Below, piece after piece: positions 18,892 through 29,832 of a stretch of 48,992 nucleotides of DNA. A program made the translations under genes and the position numbers. The stretch comes from Chrysochromulina tobinii (Eukaryota), in contig JWZX01003323.1 of NCBI GenBank assembly GCA_001275005.1, forward strand, positions 1-48,992. Direction: 5' to 3'. The stretch's first letter is position 1, and each line of letters starts with the position of its first letter. The notes below the pieces were generated by a model that saw nothing but the letters and a program-made list of their open reading frames with translations, was not told the DNA's origin and searched no databases.

Positions 18892-21576
18892 ATGGGTGAC
18901 ATGTGGCGCTCCCAGAAGATGCAGCTCGTGCAGCTGATCGTGCAGAACGACGCTGCCCGCACTGTTGTCAGCAAGCTTGGTACCGCTGGCCTGATCCAGT
19001 TCCGCGACCTGAACGTGGGTACCTCGTTCTACAAGCGCTCATTCGTCGAGGAAGTGCGAAGGTGCGATGAGCTGTCGCGCATCATGCGCAGCATCCAGCT
19101 CGAGTTTGAGGACTCCGCCATCGAGCTCGCCGAGAAGAACTCTGCCGAGTCTCTCCGCCTTTCCCTTGACGACATCGAGCCCAAGATCAAGTCCTTCAAC
19201 AACGAGCTCAGTGAGCTAAAGAAGCAGCAGGAACTGCTCGTCAAGAACGACAACGCGCTCCGTGAGCAGAAGATCGTCCTTGACCTTGGCCAGAAGATGT
19301 ACTCGAAGGAGGCCGAGGTCGGCATGGAGAAGGCCAGGCCCATCGGCGCCGTGCCCGAGATGGGCAAGACGACGATGGCCGAGCTCATGACTCTCTCCGA
19401 GTTCGCCGCCTCATCCACCGGCCTGTTCGGCCAGGTGTCGGGCGTGATCAAGTCGGAGCTCGTGGCCTCGCTCGAGCGCACGCTCTTCCGCGCCACACGT
19501 GGCAACGCCGTCTTCGAGACCGTTCCCATCGCGCAGAAGCTGTTCGACGTGGACAACAGAGGCCAGACCGAAGCGGTCGAGAAGGTCTTCTTCATGGTCC
19601 TCTTTGCGGGGGAGGTGCTGCGCGACAAGATCTCCAAGATCTGCTCGTACTTTGGCGCGTCACTCTACATGTTTCCCGAGGACCCTTCCGAGTATATCGC
19701 TATGGTCGCCGAGGTGCAACGCCGTCTCGCCGAGTCTGACGAGATCCTCGCCAAGGGTGAAGCAGTCATGAGCGAGCTCCTCGGCCGCATCTTGACCGTC
19801 TTCGGCACGTACCACTTCGTGGTGCAGAAGGAGAAGATGATCTACGACATGCTCAACATGTGCGAGTTCGATCTAAAGCGTCACGTCTTCGTCGCAGAAG
19901 GGTGGGTACCCACGCGCGAGTACGATCAGCTCGTCGCCACGATGGCGGCGGTCACCAAGGAGTGTCACCTCGACACGCGCCCCATCCTCAACAAGCTCAA
20001 CTCCCGCCTCACGCCGCCGACCCACATCCCGATGACCAACTTCACGAGTGGCTTCCAGGCGCTCGTCAACACGTACGGCACCCCGCGCTACCGTGAGGTC
20101 AACCCGGGCGCCTTCTGCTGCATCTTCTTCCCCTTCCTCTTTGGCATCATGTTCGGCGACTTTGGCCATGGCACGCTGCTCACACTCTTCGGCATGTTCC
20201 TCGTCTCTAAGGAGAAGGAGTGGGGCACGGGCGCGGGCCTCAACGACATGGTCGGCATGTGCTATGGCGGGCGCTACATCATCCTGCTCAACGGCATCTT
20301 CGGCGCATACGTTGGCTTCCTGTACAACGAGGCGTTCGCTTTCCCGATGAACTGGTTCGGCGGCTCACGCTGGCACCTTGCGGAGGACCCGTCGGTAGGG
20401 TGTGCGGCACACCCCGACCCGGCAGCGCTGCCGCCCGTATGCTCGATGGACTCGCCTTACCCGGTGGGCATCGACCCGATCTGGCACTACACGGCCAATA
20501 AGATCACCTTCTTCAACTCGTTCAAGATGAAGATCTCGATCATCGTCGGCGTCATCCAGATGACGGTGGGCATCTGCCTCTCCTTGCTCAACCACATCGA
20601 GTACGGCGACTACAAGCGCATCTTCTTCGAATACCTGCCCGAGATGATCTTCTTCGAGGGCATCTTCGGCTACCTCGTCTTCACCATCTTCTACAAGTGG
20701 TCCGTCGATTGGAGCGGCAACGTGGGCGTGCCAGGAAACCCGGGCCCGCAGGCGGCCCCCTCTCTGCTCACTCTGCTCATCAACATGTTCATGTCGCCCA
20801 CGACACCCATCTCGGTGCCGCTCTACGGCATTGAGTGCTACACCTCGTGCAGCACAGCCCAGCAGCATGGCGCGTGCGACGTGTCGACGATTGCGGGCGC
20901 GTGCCCCATCGCGTGCCACACCGGGGTCGTGGACGGTGAGGACAAGCTCACCGCCGCTGGGCCTGGCGTGAACGAGTTCAAGATGTGCTTCTCGGACACG
21001 CAGCTGAACGTGCAGTTCGCACTGCTGATCGCGGCCTTCGCGTCAGTGCCCTTTTTGCTCTTCCCGATTCCATTCATCGAGCTCGCGCAGCACAACGCCA
21101 ACATGGCCGAAAAGGCCAAATACGAGCAGTTGGATAGCAAGGAAGGCAAGGATCAAGACGATGCCGACGATGGCCACGGCGACTTCTCCTTTGGCGACGC
21201 GTTCATCCACCAGGCGATCCACACGATCGAGTTCGTGCTGGGCTCCATCTCGAACACCGCCTCGTATCTGCGCCTGTGGGCGCTCTCTCTCGCGCATTCG
21301 CAGCTCGCCGAGCTCTTTAAGGACATGATCCTGCGCGACGCCGGCCTCAACTCCGGGTTGCCGGCGCCCTTCTCAGGCATGGCCGCGTGGTTCGCCCTCA
21401 CCGCATGGGCTATCATCTCGGTCGTAGTGCTCATGGTCATGGAGAACCTCTCGTCCTTCCTACATGCGCTCCGCTTGCAGTGGGTCGAGTTCCAGAACAA
21501 ATTCTTCCGCGGCGATGGCCACAAATATTCGCCCTTCACCTTCGAGTCGATCAACGCCGTCGATGAGTCGGAATAA
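18892..21576 (+). CDS. ATP6V0A: V-type H+-ATPase V0 subunit a (116 kDa)
   Basis: Motifs MWRSQKMQLVQL, IQFRDLN, YREVNPG, FPFLFGIMFGDFGHG, YPVGIDPIW, NSFKMK, HTIEFVLGSISNTASYLRLWALSLAH and LHALRLQWVEFQNKFF are present. Intronless, 894 aa. Confidence 0.98.
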   Translation: MGDMWRSQKMQLVQLIVQNDAARTVVSKLGTAGLIQFRDLNVGTSFYKRSFVEEVRRCDELSRIMRSIQLEFEDSAIELAEKNSAESLRLSLDDIEPKIKSFNNELSELKKQQELLVKNDNALREQKIVLDLGQKMYSKEAEVGMEKARPIGAVPEMGKTTMAELMTLSEFAASSTGLFGQVSGVIKSELVASLERTLFRATRGNAVFETVPIAQKLFDVDNRGQTEAVEKVFFMVLFAGEVLRDKISKICSYFGASLYMFPEDPSEYIAMVAEVQRRLAESDEILAKGEAVMSELLGRILTVFGTYHFVVQKEKMIYDMLNMCEFDLKRHVFVAEGWVPTREYDQLVATMAAVTKECHLDTRPILNKLNSRLTPPTHIPMTNFTSGFQALVNTYGTPRYREVNPGAFCCIFFPFLFGIMFGDFGHGTLLTLFGMFLVSKEKEWGTGAGLNDMVGMCYGGRYIILLNGIFGAYVGFLYNEAFAFPMNWFGGSRWHLAEDPSVGCAAHPDPAALPPVCSMDSPYPVGIDPIWHYTANKITFFNSFKMKISIIVGVIQMTVGICLSLLNHIEYGDYKRIFFEYLPEMIFFEGIFGYLVFTIFYKWSVDWSGNVGVPGNPGPQAAPSLLTLLINMFMSPTTPISVPLYGIECYTSCSTAQQHGACDVSTIAGACPIACHTGVVDGEDKLTAAGPGVNEFKMCFSDTQLNVQFALLIAAFASVPFLLFPIPFIELAQHNANMAEKAKYEQLDSKEGKDQDDADDGHGDFSFGDAFIHQAIHTIEFVLGSISNTASYLRLWALSLAHSQLAELFKDMILRDAGLNSGLPAPFSGMAAWFALTAWAIISVVVLMVMENLSSFLHALRLQWVEFQNKFFRGDGHKYSPFTFESINAVDESE

Positions 21577-22158
21577 CCGTCCCGACGCGCGACGGGGATC
21601 AACGGAACGTAAAAGTACCGCATAGATACTACCCGGTTACAGGTACCTCAGGTTTACAGGTGGCATGATGAAACCCATGTCGTCAAAGACCCTCAGTTTA
21701 CCGACCCGAGCTTGAGGCCCCTCGGCCCCTGTGAGCCTGACCTTGGCTCGACGGCCGCAAAACATGAACCAAAACCGCACCGTTCGCCATCGGTCCGTCC
21801 GCGTCCCGAAAACGGCACGGGCGAGAACCCACGGGGGCGGCCTCGGGCGACCGGGGGCCAACGATGATCGATGTTTTCGATCACATTGACATTCGCATCA
21901 GCATGCGACTGTTTGTTCGAAAAATTCTGATCATGATCATCATGCACTTTTCGAAAAATCAGAAGCTTTAACAGGCGCTCAAACCCCCCACGTTGGCCGG
22001 GCGTGATCCGGAACAGTATACTAAGTAATGCGCGTATGCGCCATCTAACGTGGCCGGGACCCGCGGTACACCCGGGGCGCGCCGCCGCGCTCGCGGCGGC
22101 TCGCTGCGGAACGCATGACGGGCGACCCGCGGGGACCCATCACCGCGTCATCGATCCG

Positions 22159-23061
22159 TCACCTTGGACTGGAGTCGTCGCTGTGCGATTGGCCGCTCTG
22201 TGGCATCGAAGCCATCGCGAGTTGTGCGAGCTGCGAAGGCCGCGGTGGGCCGAGCCGGTGCGTGAGGAGTAGGTCGTTGGGTACCCACGGAGGCCGGAAC
22301 GTGTAGATGAGCCGCTCGCCCCGAGGCTCGGACTGCGCCGCCGCAGCATCGGCAGGCGGCCGCGGCTGCAGGGCCGACTCGAGAACTCCCCATCGTGTCG
22401 GGTCCTTTTGCAGCGCAAATTCAATGGACGCGGGATGTGTCTGCAGTAGGCGGTTCATGTACGTGTGCAGGTCGGCGCGGCGCGCGCCGTCGAGGCGCTC
22501 TGCGTCGAAATGCAGGATCAGGTGACCGCGGTCGTCCAGCTGGATGCCGATGAAGCTCGGCCAATCGTTGCGCAGGCTACGCTTGAGCTGCTCGCGCAGC
22601 TCGGGCTGCCGACGGGAGAGGGATCGCTTCTCATTGCGTGCGTTGCCGCCCGCGAGGAACGAGCCTGCAATCGTCTTGGACGCGCCTTGCATCGCGTCTG
22701 CCTGCTTTGCCTCGTCCCTGCGCTCGAATGGATCGATCGAGTAGCGGAAGCGCTGGAAGGAGCCCGCCTGCCCTGGTGCCTGTGGCAGCGCGGCATGCTT
22801 GAACACGGGCCGCGGCGATAGCGGCTCCATTCCGGTCGGCTTACTGTCACGGCAGCTGCCTGGCCGGCGTGCCCGCTCAGACAGCTCGTACGGGTCGCTC
22901 TGGCCTTCGATAGAGTAAGCGAAGGTGGTGAAGCCGCGTCCGCTGAGCGGGCCGTTCTTATTGGGAATGCGCGCGCCGCGGATGGGCAACGCGCGCGGCG
23001 ACACTTTTTTGCGCGGCGAGACGAGCACGACCGAGTTGCCAGCGTCTTGCTGGAGCCACAT
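22159..23061 (-). CDS. Hypothetical protein (300 aa) with two F..F.YSI..DP(Y/F)E motifs
   Basis: Clean ATG-to-stop ORF with a globular-looking C-terminal half. It is divergent from the PhyH gene at 228 nt. Confidence 0.7.
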   Translation of the reverse strand: MWLQQDAGNSVVLVSPRKKVSPRALPIRGARIPNKNGPLSGRGFTTFAYSIEGQSDPYELSERARRPGSCRDSKPTGMEPLSPRPVFKHAALPQAPGQAGSFQRFRYSIDPFERRDEAKQADAMQGASKTIAGSFLAGGNARNEKRSLSRRQPELREQLKRSLRNDWPSFIGIQLDDRGHLILHFDAERLDGARRADLHTYMNRLLQTHPASIEFALQKDPTRWGVLESALQPRPPADAAAAQSEPRGERLIYTFRPPWVPNDLLLTHRLGPPRPSQLAQLAMASMPQSGQSHSDDSSPR

Positions 23062-23289
23062 GGGGAACTCGGCAACTCGGCGACGCCACCCAACCAGCGC
23101 CTGCCGACTCCGGTGTTCGGTGGACGCACGAGCACAGGCCGATCAACAATCGACCGGTCCGTTCAACTTTCTCGACGGCCCGGTCGGAAAAAACTAAGAA
23201 ACCGGGAAGTCCATTGCGGGGCGACAACTGCAGTCGACCCACGCCTTGATTTGGGGTGCTGAATTCGTCATTTCTTGGAATTTACGCGC

Positions 23290-24321
23290 ATGCTCTGTCG
23301 AGCACTCAGCTTCGCCGCAGCCTTGACCGCCCGTTCGCCAGCTCTCTGCCGATCCAAGACCATCATGGCATCGGCGGTGCTGAGTGAAGCCGACCGCTTC
23401 GCTTTCGACCTCAACGGCTTCCTCGTCGTGCGCAGCGTCTTCTCGCCAGAAGAGGTCGCCACTGCCAACGCGGGAATAGACGCCCACACGGCCGAGCTGC
23501 AAGCGCGCGTGGGCGACGCGTTGCGAAACGCCAACGAGGGCACGCCCCTGTCGGCCAAAGGTCCTCGCCTTGACCTTGGTGGCATGCTCTTCTGGGACCA
23601 GCCGCATTGCGACCTCTTCCGCAACGTCCTAGCACACCCGAAGCTCGTGCCATACCTCAACGCCTTTTGTGGCGAAGGATATCGTATGGACCATCAGCCG
23701 ATTGTGATCGCGCAGGATCGCGACTCGGAAGGCTTCATGCTGCACGGGGGTCCCATTTCAGGCGACGACGGCGTTCCCTCGGGACGCTTCAACCCTGAGT
23801 TGCAGTACCGCTGCGAAGGCGGTCACATTTGGACGACGCTTCTCGCCGTGGCCGTGCAGCTCGTCGACCACAACCTGGGAGATGGTGGCTTCTGCGTGCT
23901 CCGCGGCTCACACAAGCTCAACTTGCCCGTGCCTCTCGACGTGGTCAATGGCGTGTCCGAGGTATTCCGCGAGCACATCCATCAACCGGTCACCAAGGCC
24001 GGTGACGTCGTCATCTGGTCAGAGGCAACGGTGCACGGCGCGACGCCGTGGCGAGGCGAGCAGCAGCGGCGCATCGCGCTCTATCGCTTCGCGCCGGCCA
24101 ATATGGGCTACGGCCGCGGCTATCTCGAGATCCCGACCGAGAAGCTCGCGCAACTGACGCCACTGCAGCGCGCGGTGCTCGAAGCTCCTTATGCGACGCG
24201 CCTCGAGCGGCCGTTGGTGACGCACGAAGTGGCCGCTAGCGGTGCGGCTCCTCATTTAAAGCAGCGCAGCGAGGCCAAGAAGGATCTCGATCGCAAGCTC
24301 TTCGGAACCGCGTACTTTTGA
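23290..24321 (+). CDS. PhyH-like Fe(II)/2-oxoglutarate-dependent oxygenase with N-terminal targeting-like peptide
   Basis: Motifs FDLNGFLVVRSVFS, LAHPKL, LHGG, GGFCVLRGSHK, KAGDVVIWSEATVHGATPW and RRIALYRF are present. ATG is at 23290. Confidence 0.9.
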   Translation: MLCRALSFAAALTARSPALCRSKTIMASAVLSEADRFAFDLNGFLVVRSVFSPEEVATANAGIDAHTAELQARVGDALRNANEGTPLSAKGPRLDLGGMLFWDQPHCDLFRNVLAHPKLVPYLNAFCGEGYRMDHQPIVIAQDRDSEGFMLHGGPISGDDGVPSGRFNPELQYRCEGGHIWTTLLAVAVQLVDHNLGDGGFCVLRGSHKLNLPVPLDVVNGVSEVFREHIHQPVTKAGDVVIWSEATVHGATPWRGEQQRRIALYRFAPANMGYGRGYLEIPTEKLAQLTPLQRAVLEAPYATRLERPLVTHEVAASGAAPHLKQRSEAKKDLDRKLFGTAYF

Positions 24322-25291
24322 AGGGGGCTGGAGCCGAGCGTGGCGCCGGTGGTGCACGAAGCACGAAGGGCGCAGGTGTGAATCGAGGTGTGAAGTGGAG
24401 CGGCGACGTACCTGATCTACCGAACATGCGGGCCCGCGGCTGATCCGCTGTGTGTTGAGAAGGCGGCGTCGACAGATTGAGAAGTTGAAGCAGAGCTGGG
24501 CGCCGCCTGCCACCGACTCTCTGGGATCCCACGGCGTCCACGTTTCGAGCATCGACGGCCCGGCTACGTACTTGCTATGTTATCTCAGGTCGTATCGGCG
24601 TCTGCGGCGATATTCCGCGTCGACGACGACGTACGACGACTCGAATCTCTGGCCCGCGACTCGCAACGTCGGACGCGGCTGGTCTTAATTTACAGAAGCA
24701 GCCGACTGGCGCGGGCCCGGGGCGTAGGTTGCACCCGACTCGGGAAAGGGGACGACAGGCGCCCGGAAGGCGCTACAACCTAGGCGAAGAGCACGCGACC
24801 CCGACCGGGAATACACTGAACGAATCAAGATAAATATCATATATTCGCAAAATGACACACCGACCAAGACGGCACCCGCGGTTTCCGTTCTTGTTTTGAA
24901 TCTTGAAAAAGTCGCGCGGGCCGCAGCCGTTGCGGGCCTTGGCGCATCCAAGCCGCAACGGATCCGCACACAAGCGACCCACCCACGCCGTCTCGGTCTC
25001 CGACCGCGCCGCGGTCGAGACTGCGCCGGGAGCACCTCAGTGAGCTGGCCTCTGAGTCTGACGCTAAGTGGAGTAAGGAGGGAGTGCGTCTCTCCGATCA
25101 CATTGTGATCAGTGCGCATTTTCCGCCCTCTTGTATGCGCTACTTGTGGTCTCTTCTTGCACTGAGCACTCGATTATCTCTTGCTCGAGGCGCCTCAGAC
25201 CACCACGGCCAGATGAAGCCAGATAGATCGTAGCTCGGAGGAGGAATTCTGGATCCTTGAATGGGCTCCGGTCACTCCGGCCGCCCTGCTC

Positions 25292-26664
25292 TCAGTTCGT
25301 CGGGATGAGGACCGCAAAGGCCTTGTTGAGCGCCACCATAGCCTCTTGCGCGTACTGGTGCTCGCACTTATCAGGATGCAGCTGCAGCGCGAGCTTACGA
25401 TACTTCTTCAGCACTTCGCGCTTGTTGACGGTGTTCAGCTCACGCGCTGCCGCAAGTTTCGGCACCCCGAGAGCCGAGAATGGCGAATAGGCAGTCGCGT
25501 GGGTCGACGCGTGCCTCAGCACCTGGAGAGCGGCCTCGGGCACCGACTCGACTGTCGCCTGAAGCGTGTCCCACCGTGCGTCGGTCAGTCCGCCATCACG
25601 AGCCGAGGCTCCTTGACACAGAGCTCACGCCCCTTTCGGATCTCCTCGAGCGCTGCCGCCTGATCTCCCGCCATCACCTTCTCGTGTACGCGCCCGAGCG
25701 CCGCGTTGACGCGCTGAGCGAGTGTCGGGGGCATCGGTGGCTCCTTCTTCTCCTCAGCAGGCTTCGCAGCAGCTCCATACGCAGCGCGCTTTGGGGCCTG
25801 TGGCCTCGCGCCGCCCGGCTGTGCGCCGCCCGGCTGTGCGCCGCCGGGCTTTGCGCCGCCGGGCTTTGCGCTAGGCCCGCCCGCAGCCGCAGTAGCTGGT
25901 CGAGTCGGCTTCGCGGCGGCCGGTTTCGCTGCTGCCGGTTTCGCTGCTCCCGCGCTGACAGGACGAGCCGGTAGAGGACGTACCGGCGCCGCTCCTGCTG
26001 GCTTGGCTTGCGCAGCCGGCTTGGCTTGTGCGTCTGTTTTTGCTTGCGCAGACGGTTTTGCTTGCGCGGCAGGCTGCGCTTGCGCGCCCTTCTTGGCCTG
26101 CCCGGCAGGCTTGGCTTGCGCGCCCGCCTTTGGTTGCGGAGCCGGCTTCGGTGCCTGCGTCGCTTGCGCTGTGGCCTGTCGAGCCGCTTCCGCCTTCGCC
26201 TCTGCCGCCTTCTTGGCCGCTGACTGACCGCCTCCTCTGCCTTCGGCTTTGGCCACCGCCGCCTTTTGGACCTCCTCCTTCCTCGCCTGCACCTTGGTTC
26301 TGAGAACCTCCACCTCGGCTTGCTTCTGCTTCTCGGCCTCCTGTTTCATGTCCGCCCGCTTGAGCCACGTGGGGGTTTTGGCGTCGATCTCCGCTGGGGG
26401 CACGGCCTGTTGCTCGGCGGCATGCGTACAGTCATGCTTACAGGCGCCACCATGCGGGCAAACACCATGCGGTCGCTTGGACTTGAAATCAAATCCCATG
26501 GCCGCCTCCCGAAGCCACTCGGGTTCATCGGATAGCACTGGCAGGTTCGTGCGATCGCACGTTGCTTTCTCCTGTGCCTTGGAGGACTGCTGGGTTACAT
26601 TGGCATCTAGGCGGCTGAGCGGTGTGCGGGTGAACGAAGTAACGAAGTAATTCGGAGTCGACAT
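25292..26664 (-). CDS. J-domain (DnaJ) protein with Ala/Lys/Pro-rich repeats; apparent 1-bp frameshift near 25610
   Basis: The C-terminal SALGV..EVLKKYRKLALQLHPDKC..AM..LNKAF contains HPD. The upstream ORF 25585-26664 joins it by a frame change (ELCVKE / ASARDGGLTDARWDTLQ). AQAKPA and GGAKP repeats and a CPHGGACKHDCTH Cys/His cluster are present. Confidence 0.75.
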
Positions 26665-26772
26665 CACAATGGCACCCTGAGGCCGAGAGGTCGCTTTTGA
26701 AGGCTGAGAGAGTGCGGGACTTCTCAAACTTCTCAGTTCACAACGCCGTGCCGGGCGCCTAGAGAAACTCTT

Positions 26773-29700
26773 TCAGGTCCCACCCATTAACACGCGTGCA
26801 GCCCTCGCCCTCGCAGCAGCGATGCGCTCGTCAACGGCTGAAGGCGGAGCTGTCGCCGCCCCCGGTGCCCTGCTGCCCGGTGGCTGTGGGGGCAGGGCCG
26901 CCCGCTCGCTCCACCGGCGAAGCTCGTCCATCGGCGGAGCGCGCGGCGGACTGAGCGCAGCCTCGACGATGGCAACCGCCGAGCCCGGCTGTACCATCAG
27001 CTCCGGCCGATCATACTCCTCCTCCCAATCGAATCCGCTCGACGGCTGACGGCGCGGCGCCGTCAGAGGAGGCGCCGCAGCCCTACGCATGGCCCTAAGG
27101 ACCTCGTCCTCCGCCTCCTCCTCCGCCTCTTCCTCCTCTAGCGCCCAGGGCTCGCTCGTCGCAGCGCCCTGCACCGACGACTCCAAATATTCGGCCGAGG
27201 ACTCAAACGGTTCATCAAACGGTGAGGGCCTGTGCGCGCCATGGGCATCAAAGCCACCGCCCCTTAGCGCTGCCGTGAGCGCTGCCGCCCCTGCCGCCGC
27301 CGTGCCCGTCCCTGGTGCCCATCCGATAAGGAGCTCCTCCTCTGGCCAGCCTTCCTCTGACGAGAAGACGGCGCGCCCCACGCTGCCCTGCATACCCAAC
27401 TCGCCCTGCTGCCTGCCGTGCATGCCCTGCATGCCTTGCTGGGCGGCGAGCGCTGTGGCGAGCGCGATGCGCGCGGGCGATGCACTGCACGCCGCGGCTC
27501 CGGCTCGCGAGGCGTTGTGCGTAGCAGCGACCACACTCGCTTCTTGCCGCCGCTGCTCCGCTTTGCGGGCTTGCTGCTCCTGCTGCAGCCGCCGCTGGAG
27601 CACCTGCACCTGGAGCCCGAGCTGCTTCACCGCCACGTTGGTGGTGCTGCGCTCCTGCTTCTCCGTCTGCTTGCGGCTCGCAATTTGCTTCTCGGCCGTC
27701 AGCTTGGCACGGCACGTGTGGAGCAACAGCCGCAGCCGCTCCACCTCATGCGCTCGCTCCTCGAGCGCCGTCGTGAGCGCCACCGTCGCCGCGGACGCGC
27801 CGAAGGCGAGGCTGGAGAGAAGCCAGCGCAACCACGCGCGTCCCAGACGCCGCGTGAGAGCGCTGCGTAGCACCCGCTGGATCGCCGCCGAGCGCGCTTG
27901 CAGCACGCTGGCCGCGAGCGAGGCAGCGAGCGACGTGGCGCGCGCGCTCGCCGCCGCCTCGGTCGAGGAGATGACGGCCGACGCGAGGTCAGCAGCGGTG
28001 CCGGCGATGGCCTGCGCGGCGGCCTCCACAGCCGCCGCGGTCGCGGCGGCCTCCACAGCTTCGGCGGCGGCCGCCTCGCCAGCCTCGTTGGCCGCAGCGA
28101 TGGCGGAGGCCGTGGCTGCAATCGCGGCCGCCCGCTCCTCCTCCTCCTCCTCGGCCTCCGCCGCCGCCTCGGCCTCCGCCGCCGCCTCGGCCGCCGCCGC
28201 CTCGGCCACTGCCTCCTCAAGCGCGCTTTCGCCCTCGTCGACGCCCGAGAGGGGCAGCCGCTCGCCGAAGCCGCCCCGTGCACTCGAGGCCCGACTGCTC
28301 GTCGCCGAGCCCCCCCCCACGCGCCGTGGTGCGGTGATGGAGGTGGCGACGCTCGAGCAAGTACTCACCACAGCGCTGGTGGGCTCGCGCACCGGCTCGA
28401 GCCGCAGACGACGCTCGCTCTCCTCGTGCGTGCGCCGCCGTGCCGCCGCGAGCGCTTTCTTCTGTGCGGCAGCGCGTCCGAAGAGCGCCGCCAGCTCACG
28501 CAGGTCCGCAGCCATGGCCGACTGCTGGGCGGCGCAGCGCGCGATACCCTTGCGCTGCGTGGCTTGGTTGTGCTCGAGACAGCGCCGCTGGTCGTCCTGC
28601 GCGCGCAGCAGCGCTGCGTGGCACGAGACTACCAGCTCGCGCGCGTGCGCGCCGCTGCGCTCCTCTGCGTGCAGCTCCGCGGCGAGTACGCCTGCCTCGA
28701 TCGCGAGCCGTCGCGTGTCGTCCAGCAACGTGGCCTCAGCCTCTTGCAGCGCGTCGAGCTCTGCTTCCATTGCGCGGGCGCGTCCCGCGTCCAGCTGCAG
28801 CTTCGAGAGCTCGCCGATGGCGTGCTTGCCGCCCGCCTCGGCCACGCGCCGCCGGTCGGTGGCGGTGGCCAGCTGGCGCTGCGCCAGCGTGAGCGCACGC
28901 CCCTTGCTCTCCGAGTCTGCCTCGGCGGCCGCGAGCCGCTCGCGCAGTCTGGCGATCTCGGCCTCTTGCACACTCGCGCGCTTGAGCGTCTTTGGGTCGG
29001 TCGCCTTGGGCGCGGGCACTGCCGGCCGCAAGGCATGGATCAGCTGTGGGTCGAAGCCGCCGGTCGCGAGCAGCAGCAGCCAGCGCCCAAAGGCGCCGCT
29101 CATGCCGAGCAGCCGGAAGTGCCGGATGAGGCGGAGCAGCAGCGCGTCTCGCAGCAGTGGAGAGCCCTGCGCTGGCGCGGACGGCGCGCCCGCCGTGGGA
29201 TGACCCGGCCGTGGCACGGCCGTCGCAGCCGAGGGCAGCGAGCGGCGCAGCGTCGCCATCTGCGCCGCCTGCTGCTGCGCCTGCTGCTGCAGCCGTAGCA
29301 GTGATTGGTGGCGCAGCAGGTGCGCGAGCGCGAGTCTCCACTGGCCGAGCGCGCCAGTCAGGTCGTGTTGCCGGCCCAAGCGCAGCAGCCGGCGAAGTGC
29401 CCTGGGTCGCGGCGCGTGCGGCGGAGGCAACGGCGGGCGCGAGGAGGCGGAGGCTGACGGCGTCGCTGGCAGCGCAGGAGGAGCCAGCTGCGGGTGCGGC
29501 GGCGGGGGCTGGGACGATGGCGCGGGGTATGCGAAGCCCCGCGAGGCTGTTTCATAGAGCGACGCGTCGGCCGAGGGCGTGGGCGATGTCGATGGCTTCG
29601 CCGGCGGCACGATGAAGGGCGCGGGAGCACGCGCAGGCTGCGCCATGAGCGGTGTCGTGGGGGCCACGATCGGTGTCGCGGGCGGAATGATGGGCCGCGC

Positions 29701-29832
29701 GGAATTAGGCGGCGCGGCAGTCGAGGCGCTGGCGACGGCGGTCCGAGAGATGCTCTCTCGACGTATTGACGGCGGGGCGTTGAGCGCGCTGATCAGCGAA
29801 CCCTGGCCGTGTTGGCGTGGGGTGAACAACAT
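26773..29832 (-). CDS. Large Pro/Ala-rich coiled-coil protein with Sfi1-like L..AxxxW motifs
   Basis: 1019-aa ORF with heptad-rich segments and motifs LTGALGQWR, MSGAFGRWL and LGRAWLRWL. No confident family. Confidence 0.7.
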   Translation of the reverse strand: MLFTPRQHGQGSLISALNAPPSIRRESISRTAVASASTAAPPNSARPIIPPATPIVAPTTPLMAQPARAPAPFIVPPAKPSTSPTPSADASLYETASRGFAYPAPSSQPPPPHPQLAPPALPATPSASASSRPPLPPPHAPRPRALRRLLRLGRQHDLTGALGQWRLALAHLLRHQSLLRLQQQAQQQAAQMATLRRSLPSAATAVPRPGHPTAGAPSAPAQGSPLLRDALLLRLIRHFRLLGMSGAFGRWLLLLATGGFDPQLIHALRPAVPAPKATDPKTLKRASVQEAEIARLRERLAAAEADSESKGRALTLAQRQLATATDRRRVAEAGGKHAIGELSKLQLDAGRARAMEAELDALQEAEATLLDDTRRLAIEAGVLAAELHAEERSGAHARELVVSCHAALLRAQDDQRRCLEHNQATQRKGIARCAAQQSAMAADLRELAALFGRAAAQKKALAAARRRTHEESERRLRLEPVREPTSAVVSTCSSVATSITAPRRVGGGSATSSRASSARGGFGERLPLSGVDEGESALEEAVAEAAAAEAAAEAEAAAEAEEEEEERAAAIAATASAIAAANEAGEAAAAEAVEAAATAAAVEAAAQAIAGTAADLASAVISSTEAAASARATSLAASLAASVLQARSAAIQRVLRSALTRRLGRAWLRWLLSSLAFGASAATVALTTALEERAHEVERLRLLLHTCRAKLTAEKQIASRKQTEKQERSTTNVAVKQLGLQVQVLQRRLQQEQQARKAEQRRQEASVVAATHNASRAGAAACSASPARIALATALAAQQGMQGMHGRQQGELGMQGSVGRAVFSSEEGWPEEELLIGWAPGTGTAAAGAAALTAALRGGGFDAHGAHRPSPFDEPFESSAEYLESSVQGAATSEPWALEEEEAEEEAEDEVLRAMRRAAAPPLTAPRRQPSSGFDWEEEYDRPELMVQPGSAVAIVEAALSPPRAPPMDELRRWSERAALPPQPPGSRAPGAATAPPSAVDERIAAARARAARVLMGGT

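Noticed and set aside
21665..21740. Box C/D snoRNA (ATGATGA...CTGA)
   Set aside because: The boxes are present, but the terminal stem is weak and I cannot identify an rRNA-complementary guide. It is not supportable without snoscan/Infernal.
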